Positions 52,464-64,000 of a stretch of 64,000 bases of DNA are shown here, one piece after another. The position numbers and the translations under genes are program-made. The stretch's first letter is position 1; each line of letters opens with the position of its first letter. The notes beneath the pieces are model-generated. The model searched no databases and was not told the DNA's origin. It saw nothing but the letters and a program-made list of their open reading frames with translations. Origin of the DNA: Tubulanus polymorphus (taxonomy: Eukaryota > Animalia > Nemertea); the NCBI RefSeq assembly GCF_964204645.1, contig NW_027437450.1, positions 42,001 to 106,000 on the forward strand, written 5' to 3'.

Positions 52464-54538
52464 ATGAAGCATTTGATATTGTTGATACTGTTGGTTGTAA
52501 GCGCAATCGCTGCCGTTTCAGGTAGGAGAGGGCCACATGTAATAAACCTTAGTTAGCAAATCGAATATCGTCACAAGTTGGCAGTAGTCGGGGGCGGCAA
52601 CATTTTTACAAAGTTTGCCTGTTTTATGGTAACCTATTTTTTGAGGTCTAGGCAGCGGGTCAACACCCCTGGGTTCTATTCTAGATTAAGGTTTGCGGCT
52701 AATAAGCGTGCATGGATCTGCACCGTTTTTCTATAATGCCTTTGGTAGGGGTTTAGGCAAAATAACTCCTTTTCACAAAGAAATGCCTCGGGTCGGGCAG
52801 AACCCCTGATTTGCAATCGTTTTCTGTAAGGACGGCAATTATAGTTTGTCGATAAACAGTAGATTAGGGATTGTCTGAGGGGTGCTGGGAACAGACAGCA
52901 GATTGTCTGAGAGGGTGCAGAGTACAGACAGCGGATTGTCTGAGAGGAGAGGGTGCAGGGTACAGACAGTAGCTTGTCTGAGGGGGCGCAGGGTACAGAC
53001 AGCAGATTGTCTGATGGGGTGCAGGGTAGGGTACAGACAGCAGATTGTCAGAAACGTGCGGAATTAGAATAGTTAAAATCTATCGTTGCAGCACAAACAT
53101 CGCAATGTCGTTCTCGTTGGTTTTATGTCGCTAGTTCAAACAAGTGTATAGGGTTGGATTATAACAGGTGTCCGTCTGGTACATCAGTCGTTGAAATTGG
53201 AAACGACGAAGAAAATGACGCGGCAACACGTAAGATACAAAATATTCCATTTCATAAACGAATCAAAAATAAGGTTAACATCAAATAAAGCATGGATATC
53301 TATATTGAATCATTTTAGGCAAGTTTCCAAAATTCTTAGAATTCAGGCTTTATAGATTTCCATCAAAATTGAGATTTCTGGCATGAAAATGGAACTTTGC
53401 TTAGCTATAAAAAGCAAAATTTCAAGCTGCGTTTCATAAGAGGTCTGCGTAACTATCAGCTGCGTTTTTTCAAACTTATTACAGTTAGATTTTTAGAAAC
53501 TTTTTTATTAGTATTGTTGAGGAGAGAATCCCACAATGATAATGAAAAGTCCGAAAATGAAACTTCGAGATAGTAGTTAATTTCAACGTTTCGACTATAT
53601 CCTAATAGTCATCTTCAGGAATAAGTTATTCCTGAAGATGACAATTAAGATATAGTCGAAACGTTGAAATAAACTACTATCTCGAAGTTTCATTTTCGGA
53701 CTTTTTATTATCATTGTGGGATTCTCTCCTCATCGCGTCAACACGGATATAGTGTTCTACCAATTGTGATTAATATTGTTATTCCTGATATCTCAATTTC
53801 AAACTTCTATCTATTTTGACAGAGGCATTAATGAATAGCTTTTCAGTAGTTGGGGATTTCAAACCTACGGTAAGTGCGACTGGATTCAGGAGATACATCA
53901 TATTCTTTCGGGATGAATATCAATAAAATGGGGTATCCGAAAAACCAGCTATCCCGCCAGATGGCGTGAGGAGCAGTATGTCGTGCGTCGTTGTCAAAAT
54001 AAATTCATTTTTAATGAACTCTGAACTAGATTTTAAGACTCCCAAATACGGTACATATATTATCACAGCAGCCGCCAAAATACAATACTTTCATTCTTCT
54101 ACTCAGATATCGGTTAAGTTTTCATAAATAATGAATTCGTTAAAAGGAAAAGTTCATTTAGATTTCATTGAAATGTAGTAGAAATCGAACGCGGAAGACC
54201 CAACTATTCACTAGCAAACCTGACGGATACTCGCCTGCCATAGGTGGAATCATCGATTGCCACAGTAGCACCGCGGGCACCCTATTATCTATCCACCATC
54301 GAGCGGAGCGCTCCAAGCGTATTCCCCAGTCTGAGAGTTTCGCCAACAACTTCAAATTTTAGTGTCTGATTTGATTATTCAATTTCAGAACGGTTACACG
54401 CATTGGGCTCCAGGTCAGCCGGACGCTACCTCAAACAAACGATTCTTGATGAAGGACGGCAATTGGTATACTTACTACCAACCGTACGATTCTATTGACA
54501 CGCCGACCCCTATCTGCGAATACAAGCTGGACCAATAA
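52464..54538 (+). CDS. Secreted C-type lectin-like protein (QPD motif), 130 aa, 4 coding exons
   Basis: Exons 52464-52521, 53092-53229, 53823-53869 and 54389-54538 join in frame: MKHLILLILLVVSAIAAVSAQTSQCRSRWFYVASSNKCIGLDYNRCPSGTSVVEIGNDEENDAATQALMNSFSVVGDFKPTNGYTHWAPGQPDATSNKRFLMKDGNWYTYYQPYDSIDTPTPICEYKLDQ*. AATAAA at 54554 and 54636. A UTR acceptor at 52441 and a candidate upstream donor at 51271. Confidence 0.82.
52870..53050. repeat. ~33-38 bp minisatellite in lectin intron 1
   Basis: Recurring cagacagcagattgtctgagagggtgcagggta-like units. Confidence 0.75.
53518..53732. repeat. Near-perfect 215 bp palindrome in lectin intron 2, probably Penelope-like element derived
   Basis: ~107 bp arms centred on 53625. 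Each arm carries ctgaaga-tgac...gtc-gaaacgtt. Confidence 0.8.
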
Positions 54539-55133
54539 CGTCCTGTCCGGCAGAATAAACTCATATCCCTATTCTGAATGAGCAAAGTATGGAATTCGAT
54601 TTTATACACGTTAAATGTGTCTAATTTCGCGATGAAATAAATTCAAACATGACTTCTATAATTGTTGATTGTTTTTGGCGCTTCATGGGTGGGTCTTAAA
54701 CAGGCTGAAAAATAGTGTAACTTCAGATTCCGACCGAACGAGCCGCTGAAAAGATGGGACTAATACAGCGGGACCCATTTACAACGATATGTTCGTTATA
54801 ACCGATAGTTCATTGTATCCAGTATGAAATTTATTAAATTTTCTTACTAAGGATGAAATTTTATATCTGTTATATCGGATGAATCGTTGTATCAGAGTTC
54901 GTTATAACGAGGTTCCGCTGTGCATTTGTTGTGGGCGTTTAGACGGTCGATATGCAAATTGGTGTCTGGCAACCAGAATTACTAAACTAACTCTAATTCA
55001 TTTTTCATATCATCATTTATTGCTCATATTTCGTTACGTTCGTCAGATATTTACATATAACATAATTTCGAATTTCATAATTCTAAATCATAAGAAACTG
55101 GTTCGACAGTTGTGGCTAAGGGTTCAACTATAT

Positions 55134-55472
55134 CATCCTCCCCCGGCAGGGATTCGAACCTGATGGCATCGAGATTGCCACGGCACGAAACCCTGCCATA
55201 ATCGACCGTGTGCGCAGATACATGCGCAGTTCAGATGATGTGATTTTTAGCCAATCAGAAATCCCGTTTTATTTTAGCCCGGGTTTTCCCATTTATAGTT
55301 CTTCCTTGAAATTTGCTTCAACGATTATACAACGCGCAATCTGATTGGTGCCGCCAGTTTTCGTTCGGAAAGCTGCGCATGTACCTGCGCACCCGGTCTA
55401 CTGATGCAGGGGTTCGTGCCGTGGTTGAGTGTAGCGATGCCATCAGGTTCGAGTCCCTGCAGAGGGAGGATG
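55134..55472. mobile_element. Second, inverted copy of the 46635-46973 MITE
   Basis: Near-identical reverse complement with its own TSD, aactatat. Confidence 0.85.
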
Positions 55473-55919
55473 AACTATATCGGCAATGAATTGATTTCAA
55501 CTCTCGGAGTCGAACCTTACACACAACTGTCGAACCGGGTCCAAAAAGAAAATATACGTATGGAATTACATGTAAATACAATAGGCTGTCGTTGATATAC
55601 TATATACAACATCGTAAATATATATTAAATAATCTTATGAAGCTTTTTTGACATAAATTCGGATTTAATTCAGTATTCACACCGTCTGGTGAAAACGTAT
55701 CGATTCAAAAAGTTTGTTTGCAGTTTAGTTGGATAGATAGATAGATATCTAACCAAACTAAGCAACAATTCGATTCGATGGTCCTAGGTCTGGATCTCAT
55801 CAATGAACAGTGTTAGTCGAATTCAACAACCAGCGACCATCGAAGCAGGATTTGAACTGTTTAAGAGCACGAATTTGCAGCCTGGAAGAATAACTTCTCA
55901 CATTCACTATTTGGAGTGA

Positions 55920-56435
55920 AGACGATCAGTATTTGAAAGTCAATTTCAATTGAAAATGTCTCAGGTGAAGCACTGAACACATGTGAAGTGTGGACGATCA
56001 GTTTTTGAAAGTGTGCTGATAAAATGTCTAATGTCTGGTGTTTGTAGTTCATTTTCAATTGAAAATGTCTCAGGCGAAGCACTGAACACATGTGAAGTGT
56101 GGACGATCAGTATTTGAAAGTGTGCTGATAAAATGTCTAATGTCTGGTGTTTGTAGTTCATTTTCAATTGAAAATGTCTCAGGCGAAACACTGAACACAT
56201 GTGAAGTGTGGACGATCAGTTTTTGAAAGTGTGCTGATAAAATGTCTAATGTCTGGTGTTTGTAGTTCATTTTCAATTGAAAATGTCTCGGGTGAAGCAC
56301 TGAACACATGTGAAGTGTGGACGATCAGTTTTTGAATGTGTGCTGATAAAATGTCTAATGTCTTGGTGTTTGTATTTCATTTTCAATTAGAAATGTCTCA
56401 GGTGAAGTTTTGAACACGTGTAAAGTCTGGACGAT
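55920..56435. repeat. 109 bp tandem repeat, ~4.7 copies
   Basis: Units recur at 109 bp spacing, also reflected in the repeated ORF starts at 56091, 56200 and 56309. Confidence 0.92.
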
Positions 56436-57154
56436 AGAACATTAGAAGAATATTGATGAAGTATATCCGAGGAGTGCAGGGTCCAGGCTACAGATTCATG
56501 ATTAAGAACAGCGAGATATGTACCTAGTTCAACAGTTTTGGGTTAAAATGATAATCTACGCAACTGACCATAAAAAACTAAAGCACTGCAATTAAATATC
56601 GATATACACGTACAACACATACTAAATATGAGATCGAAAATGGAAATAGCATATAATGCGCAATATGTATAGCGAAACATCTGAAATAATAAGATCACCG
56701 AAGACCCAGTTCGGCAGTCAAGTTTACGATTGAAGACTCAAAATGAGCGTTTATTTTCAATCATTTATAAAAATATAGTCGAATTTCAACAGACTGCGGA
56801 ACTGGGTCCTAGTGTTTAGGCTGAAAAAGGAACGATACCTTGTTTCTCCAATTTTGCCACCTGTGATAGAATTTCTAACCAGTTCATTTCTATAACTGCC
56901 GGGTCAACAATATTAATAAATAGTAATAATAATAACTTTTTAGCTCAGCGGAAATGAGAAACAAGGTATTCATTCTTTTTAGCCCTCAATCATACATACA
57001 ATTAATTCCCCATGGCGAACTGGCAGCTTATTGGCAATTGGACTAAAACTGGAAAAATACTAAACATGTACCTTCATTATGTAAACACAGGTGCCACTCT
57101 TCCGCCCCCTACAAAGATGTACCTCTTATTTTCATCATTTTCAATCTCAGAATG

Positions 57155-57782
57155 AATCAAATCCCTGCTGAGGGAGGATGTGTCTACTAGGGCTGGGGTT
57201 TGAACTTTGAAGGAGTCTCATGAAGTCATCAGGTTTAAATCCCTGCTGATGGAGGATGTGTCTACTAGGGCTGGGGTTTGAACTTTGAAGGAGTCTCATG
57301 AAGTCATCAGGTTTAAATCCCTGCTGATGGAGGATGTGTCTACTAGGGCTGGGGTTTGAACTTTGAAGGAGTCTCATGAAGTCATCAGGTTTAAATCCCT
57401 GCTGATGGAGGATGCGTCTACTAGAGCTGGGGTTTGTACTGTGACAAGAGACTAGAGTCTCATGATGTCATCAGGTTCAAATCCCTGTTGAGGGAGGATG
57501 TGTCTACTAGGGGAGGGGTTTGTCCTGTGACAAGACTAGAGTCTCGTGACGTCGTCAGGTTCAAATCCCTGCTGAGGGAGGATGTGTCTGTCTACTAGGG
57601 CAGGGGTTTGTACTGTGACAAGACTAGAGTCTTATGATGTCATCAGGTTCAAATCCCTGCTGAGGGAGGATGTGTCTACTAGGGGAGGGGTTTGTACTGT
57701 GACAAGACTAGAGTCTCGTGACGTCGTCAGGTTCAAATCCCTGCTGAGGGAGGATGTGTCCGTCTACTAGGGCAGGGGTTTC
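57155..57782. repeat. 78-88 bp tandem repeat, ~8 units
   Basis: aaatccctg recurs at 57159, 57237, 57315, 57393, 57479, 57563, 57651 and 57735. Confidence 0.92.
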
Positions 57783-57953
57783 TACCGCGACTGGGGAAGA
57801 TGCGCAGATTTAAAAAAAAACGGTTAGTACCGATACATTACAACATTAACGTACAAATAATCATAAATAGATAATAATTTTTTTTTTTCTTAAATACAAA
57901 AATATCATCATTTATCCGATAGCTTTATAATTTCACTACGATTATTCACTTTG

Positions 57954-58108
<155 letters not shown>

Positions 58109-58459
58109 GGGGTAACTGGTGGTGCAGTAGGTCAATCATGGATATTTGAAAATGTGTTCATATCGATAAATACCGACCCGTGTGTGGATACGCGAATTTC
58201 AACCGGCGGAAACCGGGCGCAGACTGGTTTATTAATTACAATGATGAGTATTTACATATGACGTGCACAAAAAAAGTCGAAACGAATTACGAACGTTTCC
58301 CATCGAGTTAAACGTTAATCACGAACTACCGATTCAGTTCCGACAGTTTTTAGGGCCGTAAATATTTATATATATTCAAGTATAAAATACGCGATGTGAG
58401 AAAGTAATGAAAATACCGCCAAAGTCCATTATAACACCGCCATTTTGTTTGTCGATCCG

Positions 58460-58586
58460 GGGCCCGGTTTCACGAAAATGCTTAAGCTTAAAACGGTTTA
58501 GTTTGAATTGTTGAAAACATGTAACAAGTAACCGATAGCGATTACACCAAAAATGGGAGTTCAACTTTTTCGCGAAACTGGGCCCA
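58460..58586. mobile_element. Small Harbinger-like MITE
   Basis: gggcccggtttcacgaaa ... tttcgcgaaactgggccc inverted ends. Confidence 0.55.
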
Positions 58587-59234
58587 CAGGCGGATTAAGA
58601 GGGGTCCTCTTTGACCGCATGTCCTAAAATCGTTTTCCAAATTGAGAAATTTTTTTCTAAATTTTGACCTTTTTGATTTTCTTAACATTTTTTTTTACAA
58701 TACACTTGATACTTTTTACCATTCTTACAAAACTTTAGGCTTCGCCTCCAGTTAGAGTGATTTTTCAGAAACGCGCGAACCCCTTTCCAAATTCCTAGAT
58801 CCGCCCTAGCTATCTGCTGTCCGAATCCATCCGCTCGGATTATCAAAATTCCCGGCGGGTATAGACGGCAGATTGTGCGACAGGTGCAGGGTACAGACAG
58901 GGCACACCCGACCGTACAGACAGGGCACACCCGACCGTTCTTTCGACACCGAATTTACGTTTAAACTTCGCATTTCATCGCGATCGCGACGTTAAAACAG
59001 ACTTCGACGCCGCGCACTTTCTAGAATCTACCGAGAAAATCTATAATATTTCTATAATAATCGACAACCGATTGTCCTTTAATCAATCGTCTCTGATTTG
59101 AGTTCGTGGTGAATCACAGATATGCTTTAAAAACGTACCGGTTTATGTTTCAAACTATATCCAATGAGATAAATGTGTTTCGATCGCGATATTCCGTCGT
59201 GTATGTTGTTTGCTTCCATTTTTTTTCGCGGACC

Positions 59235-59900
59235 AGCGATCGTTATGCAGTACTAGTGATCAATGCGGAGTGGTTGTGATCGTAACCGAGTACTTGCGAT
59301 CATTATGAAGTACAAGTGATCATCACTAAGTACTAATGATCGTGATTGAGTATTAGCGATCACTATGGCGTACTGATGACGATTTTGGAATATTTGTGAG
59401 TATTGTAATCATTGTGGAGTACTCATGATAATTTTGGAATAGAAGTAATCTTTATTGAGTACTAGCGATTATCGTAGAGTATTATGATCGTTTGGAAGTA
59501 ATAGCGATCATATATTAGTATCAGAGATCGTTTTGGAGTACTAGTGATCACTACGGCATACCACTGATTAGCATACCACTTTAAAGGGCGGAGTACCCCA
59601 GTATCCACAACAGAGTACCCACATTGATCACAATCAAGTAGCCATTTACTGCTCCTGGTGATCAATGCTGAGTACCCCAATAAATCACTGATAGATCACT
59701 GTGGACTACGGATTGATCGCATCTTAGTACACATTGATCCCTACAGATTACGTAGTGATCACGACTGAGTAAAATGAAGATCACTAGCTAGTACGTAAGT
59801 GATCACTAGTATATCGATGATCACAACAGACTGCACATTGATCACAACTGAGTACCCTGATAATCATTGTTGAGTACACATGAGTACCTGTGCCTGGACG
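59235..59900. repeat. Degenerate ~20 bp repeat region (gagtac..gatca)
   Basis: Periodic gagtac/gatc motifs downstream of the 59902 stop on the - strand. Confidence 0.6.
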
Positions 59901-59901
59901 A

Positions 59902-60262
59902 TCACTGCGGAGTACCCTCGTGATCCCGAGTACCTGCGATTATAGTTTGATCACTGGTATCCAATCGCGTTGCCGCGTTCTGCAACCGTAACGCGTTCGC
60001 GTCCAACGTACGCAGCTGCCCGTTCGCCGTCCGCTGCCGATCATCACCGCCACCACCGGCGCCATCTACCGCTGCCTTCGGCGCCGAATTCTCGTCGATT
60101 TCCGCGTTGATTCCGACGCCGACGATTCCCGACGATTCGTTCTCCGACGACGCGACCTCCGACCGCGCGATCAGTTTCTCTTTCATCGTCGCCGCGCGCG
60201 TCTGCTTCGTTTGCAAGCCGATGTTCTCGTGGATGGTGAACTTGTTTCCGAGCGTTCGGTAC
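59902..60262 (-). CDS. Probable terminal coding exon of a gene starting beyond the window (unknown product)
   Basis: Acceptor ttttttattcgccag, then a GC-rich open frame YRTLGNKFTIHENIGLQTKQTRAATMKEKLIARSEV...EGTPQ* that contrasts with AT-rich flanks. Confidence 0.6.
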
Positions 60263-60830
60263 CTGGCGAATAAAAAAATCCGAGAACGAATTTTGAAAAT
60301 TCGCGTTCGAAAATGCCGCCAAAAAGTGCGTCGTGAAAATGACTGCCATATTCGACATTCAACATTTGACGATCGAGTTTTACGACACTGTGATTCCTCC
60401 AACACCTCGAGTGCTCGGGGGCGGGGTTACCTGTCATCAGTAGTGACATCTATAGTTTCGAATTCAAACGACGTAAAAAGCAATTCTAGGCCCTAATGGG
60501 TCTAGCCCTTGCGCCCTTGATGGGACCCTCTTTACAAAAAACGCAGTTCCGCAGCTCAGGGCCAGTTGCACAGTCATGACTTAGATTTCAGAGCAGTGTT
60601 ATGAAATGAGGGTTTGACAATATAGTTTCAATGTCAAATCGTATATCTTATGATTATCAGTAAAGTAAAATTTGTTATAGACATTCTATTGATTTAGTAA
60701 TTACCAACTTCGGAGAAAGATAATACCGTCTTAGTTTTGCAGCCAATCCAACAACTTTTGACTACCGGTAATCTTAAGACAACTTTTTGGACTCGAGTCG
60801 TGACTTCGCGCCGGGCCCTGAGGTTACCTT

Positions 60831-60923
60831 CGACTCTTTGGAGTCACCCATTTAACTACAACGACTCTTTGGAGTCACCCATTTAACTACAACGACTCTT
60901 TGGAGTCACCCATTTAACTACAA
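60831..60923. repeat. 31 bp tandem repeat x3
   Basis: cgactctttggagtcacccatttaactacaa. Confidence 0.9.
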
Positions 60924-61502
60924 CTAAAAAACTGCGGAACTATTAACTTAGAACAGCGTTTAACCCTTTGAACCACAACCTCCCGAATCTTCGAGAAAAT
61001 AGAATTCTCGTTAACTGTTTGTTAACTCTACACTGAGATTAATATCAGTAAACTATCGTCAGAATTCTTGTACTTCAAGTAGAAACATACATCAGGTTAA
61101 GGGAGTCTGAGTTCAAAGGGTCGAATCACCACATTCGTAGATGGAAATTATCAATTTTTTTTTTTCGAAAATCTTTTTTTCTGATTATCTAAGATTTCCA
61201 TTCGTAAATAAAATGGCATAGCAGAGGCGGACAGGCAGGCGAGCAATTCTTCACATTCTTCATTCTTGCAAAGAAGAAAGGCAGTTGGTCGGGGGTAGGG
61301 GTACGTGGAGTCAGTGAGGGTGTATATACATGTATATACATATTCCATTCATGCTCTAACAGTAACATCCATCATGCGAATAAAAACGGTTTACGCAAAG
61401 TTTTCAACTGATTCCGCGAAAACGAAGAACCAGCTTTATAATAGGGGTTTAAGTTAAGCCTATCTTTAAGAGGTATTACGTAAGAGACTTGGGTCAAATT
61501 GC

Positions 61503-62090
61503 ATACTTAAGACCGGACAGAGCTCATTTTTGGTTATATAACCAATCTGACAACTTAAGACCAGTCAGAGCTCATTTTTGGTTATATAACCAATCTAACA
61601 ACTTAAGACCGGTCAGAGCTCATTTTTGGTTATATAACCAATCTAAGCTACTTAAGACCAGTCTAAGCTCATTTTGGTTCCATAACCAATCTAACAACTT
61701 AAGACCAGTCTAAGCTCATTTTGGTTCTATAACCAATCTAACAACTTAAGACCAGTCTAAGCTCATTTTGGTTCTATAACCAATCTAAGCTACTTAAGAC
61801 CAGTCTAAGCTCATTTCGGTTCTATAACCAATCTAACAACTTATGACCAGTCTAAGCTCATTTCGGTTCTATAACCAATCTAACAACTTAAGACCAGTCT
61901 AAGCTCATTTTTGGCTCTATAACCAATCTAACAACTTAAGACCAGTCTAAGCTCATTTCGGTTCTATAACCAATCTAACAACTTAAGACCAGTCTAAGCT
62001 CATTTTGGCTCTATAACCAATCTAACAACTTGAGACCAGTCTAAGCTCATTTTGGTTCTATAACCAATCTAACAACTTGAGACCAGCTTT
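61503..62090. repeat. 47-48 bp tandem repeat, ~12 copies
   Basis: caacttaagaccagtctaagctcattttggttctataaccaatctaa units. Confidence 0.92.
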
Positions 62091-63325
62091 AAGAAGATTT
62101 AAGACTGCTTTCGAAATTGAGTCGGGCTGGCTTAAACCTAAACCTGGGGTCAGCTTTATAGACTCCGTTTAAACTTCATAATAGTTCTGGGCTAAAACTT
62201 GCCGGGTCAAGCTCTCGAAAAGGCACTGACCATTTTCTTAAAACAAAACAACAAAAAAAAACGTTACGGACACGAACACCCAGACACTGAGTTTTGAAGT
62301 GACATTCATTCGTGAACGACATCTGAGATTTGTGGAAAAATTTTCTTGGCAACCAGACGCATGGTACCGGTGAAATTAAGTCAAAAATCCAATTCAAATT
62401 TATGTGAATTGATAAGCATTTCTGTCGGAGGGAGGGAGGGATGAAACTTATTATTAACCTGTTCAGTTTGTCTACAATGCGGTGCGGTGTATCAAGCGGT
62501 GATGGACGTTGCTAGTACACCGCACCGCAGTGTTTTGATGTGATTAGTTATTGTACTGAAAGATGACAGCACCTGTCGAATGTAGTGAAATACTAGTAAT
62601 TGATGATACATCGCACCGCGGTGTAGCACTTAAGCAGTATGCCTGTTATTTAACACACTGGTGGGAATTGTCTTAAATTTTAAAATTATCTCCACAATTT
62701 TCGGGTATCATAGATGGTTAAGGAATGTAATTGGTTGAATTTTGGAACAATAATTACGCTTTTACGACAATTCTGATCCGCGACAAGAGTGAGGAGTATC
62801 ACGACAGCAATGAAAATTTCCTCACTTGCCAGAGACTGATTTCAACTGGAAACAGTTAGGCGCAGTCCTTTTCAACAATTTCTAAAATGACAGCTTCTGA
62901 AAAGTGCCCCTTTTTAAGAGCACTTCTCGCATAAAGCAAGGGGACAAGCGGGTCAGCGTTCGAGAACTCGTAAGAAGAAATCCACTACTAGAGATTTCTG
63001 AGAGGACTAGTGCTGAAAAGGGCAAGACACATCCTCCCTCAAAAGCAACCGACCCCGAATCGGCGCCCCCAATTGAATTCTTCAGGTGACATAAAAATAT
63101 CCAGTGCCGGTTCCAGACACGAAACCCGTCCCTGGCAAGTGAGCGTAGAAACGTGAGATTCACGACGAGATTTGAGATCATTTTTTTTTGGAATTGTTCG
63201 TTTTCGACAGGGTTGCGGGAGTCGGGGTGCGAGAACAAACCTGAATGAAGAGATTAGAACGTGCACGCGTAGCTAGCGGAGGTGATGACCGATGATATTT
63301 TTTTTTTGGTTTTTTTGTTTGTTTT

Positions 63326-63446
63326 CTAGCGGAGTTCATTGACGTCGATCAGACCGGGGTCGAGATCGACGTCGATCGACTGCAGCACGACGTAATCGGT
63401 GTCGGGGTGTTCGTCGTCGTATGTCAATAGGTGGCGCGACTGGCGA
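63326..63446 (-). CDS. Probable (alternative) terminal exon, unknown product
   Basis: Long pyrimidine tract and ttgcag acceptor, then RQSRHLLTYDDEHPDTDYVVLQSIDVDLDPGLIDVNELR* with C/G-rich third codon positions. Confidence 0.5.
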
Positions 63447-64000
63447 CTGCAACGATAGATACAGTAAGAGAAATGATGATAGCGAAGATGAGAGAGAGAG
63501 ACGTACGCGGAAAGCGAGGACGCACGGCGGGGACCGTTCCGTTTGGGAACGTACGCAAGCGATAGCCGGGGCCTTGCCGTCAAAAGCGCATGATCTGCAT
63601 ATAAAGTTTGTCTAGTATTCACATGAACAAGGCACAATTTTGGCCAAGAAAATAACAATGTCTGTAAAACTGTAAATTTGGGGAAAACGTCCGGAAATGC
63701 CTTTTTACTTCATCAGTTCGCTCTGAAAATACTTGCCAAGACCCTCAGATCTTGCCCCTGGACCCGGATGCGCAGTTGGGGCTTAAATCCTAAATCTTAA
63801 GACCGGTCTTAAGTTGTTAGATCGGCTATAGAACTAAGTTGGTCTTAGACTGGTCTAAGCCATGACTACGCAACCGGCTCCTGGATCCGACTCTGGTCCA
63901 TTCGGGTCCTTCGAAATTTCTTAGCATCAGCGAACCCATCCTCGTCGACCCAGTTCTGCAGTTCTGGATCTTGTTCCGCAGTTCTGGACGTTGCGTCTTA

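Noticed and set aside
46635-55472. Composite transposon formed by two inverted MITE copies around the lectin gene
   Set aside because: Each copy has its own distinct target-site duplication, so they are independent insertions.

Overview
This is eukaryotic DNA from an AT-rich invertebrate animal (GT-AG introns, MITEs, intronless class A GPCRs); a lophotrochozoan is plausible but not demonstrable. The ORF track misses the main feature. Positions 1-46 kb are a tandemly and segmentally duplicated cluster of eight apparently intact + strand genes, each with three coding exons, encoding 90-97 aa secreted proteins. Each has an 18 aa signal peptide and the framework C-x3-C-x18/19-C-x3-C-x5-C-x4-C-x10/12-C-x3-C. 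They fall into three subfamilies (A x3, B x2, C x3; C adds a ninth Cys) with strongly diverging inter-cysteine residues. I do not recognise the family. The genes are interleaved with - strand intronless GPCRs (two intact 318 aa copies, two 5'-truncated copies, one older relic). A unique 8 kb segment inside the cluster holds a broken polyamine oxidase gene and a divergent 407 aa GPCR. Downstream are a four-exon gene for an atypical minimal C-type lectin, many MITEs, satellites derived from MITEs, a foldback with hammerhead-like cores, and probable terminal exon(s) of a - strand gene entering from beyond the window. All gene models were assembled by hand from splice signals and cross-copy conservation; none has been confirmed with transcript or database evidence.
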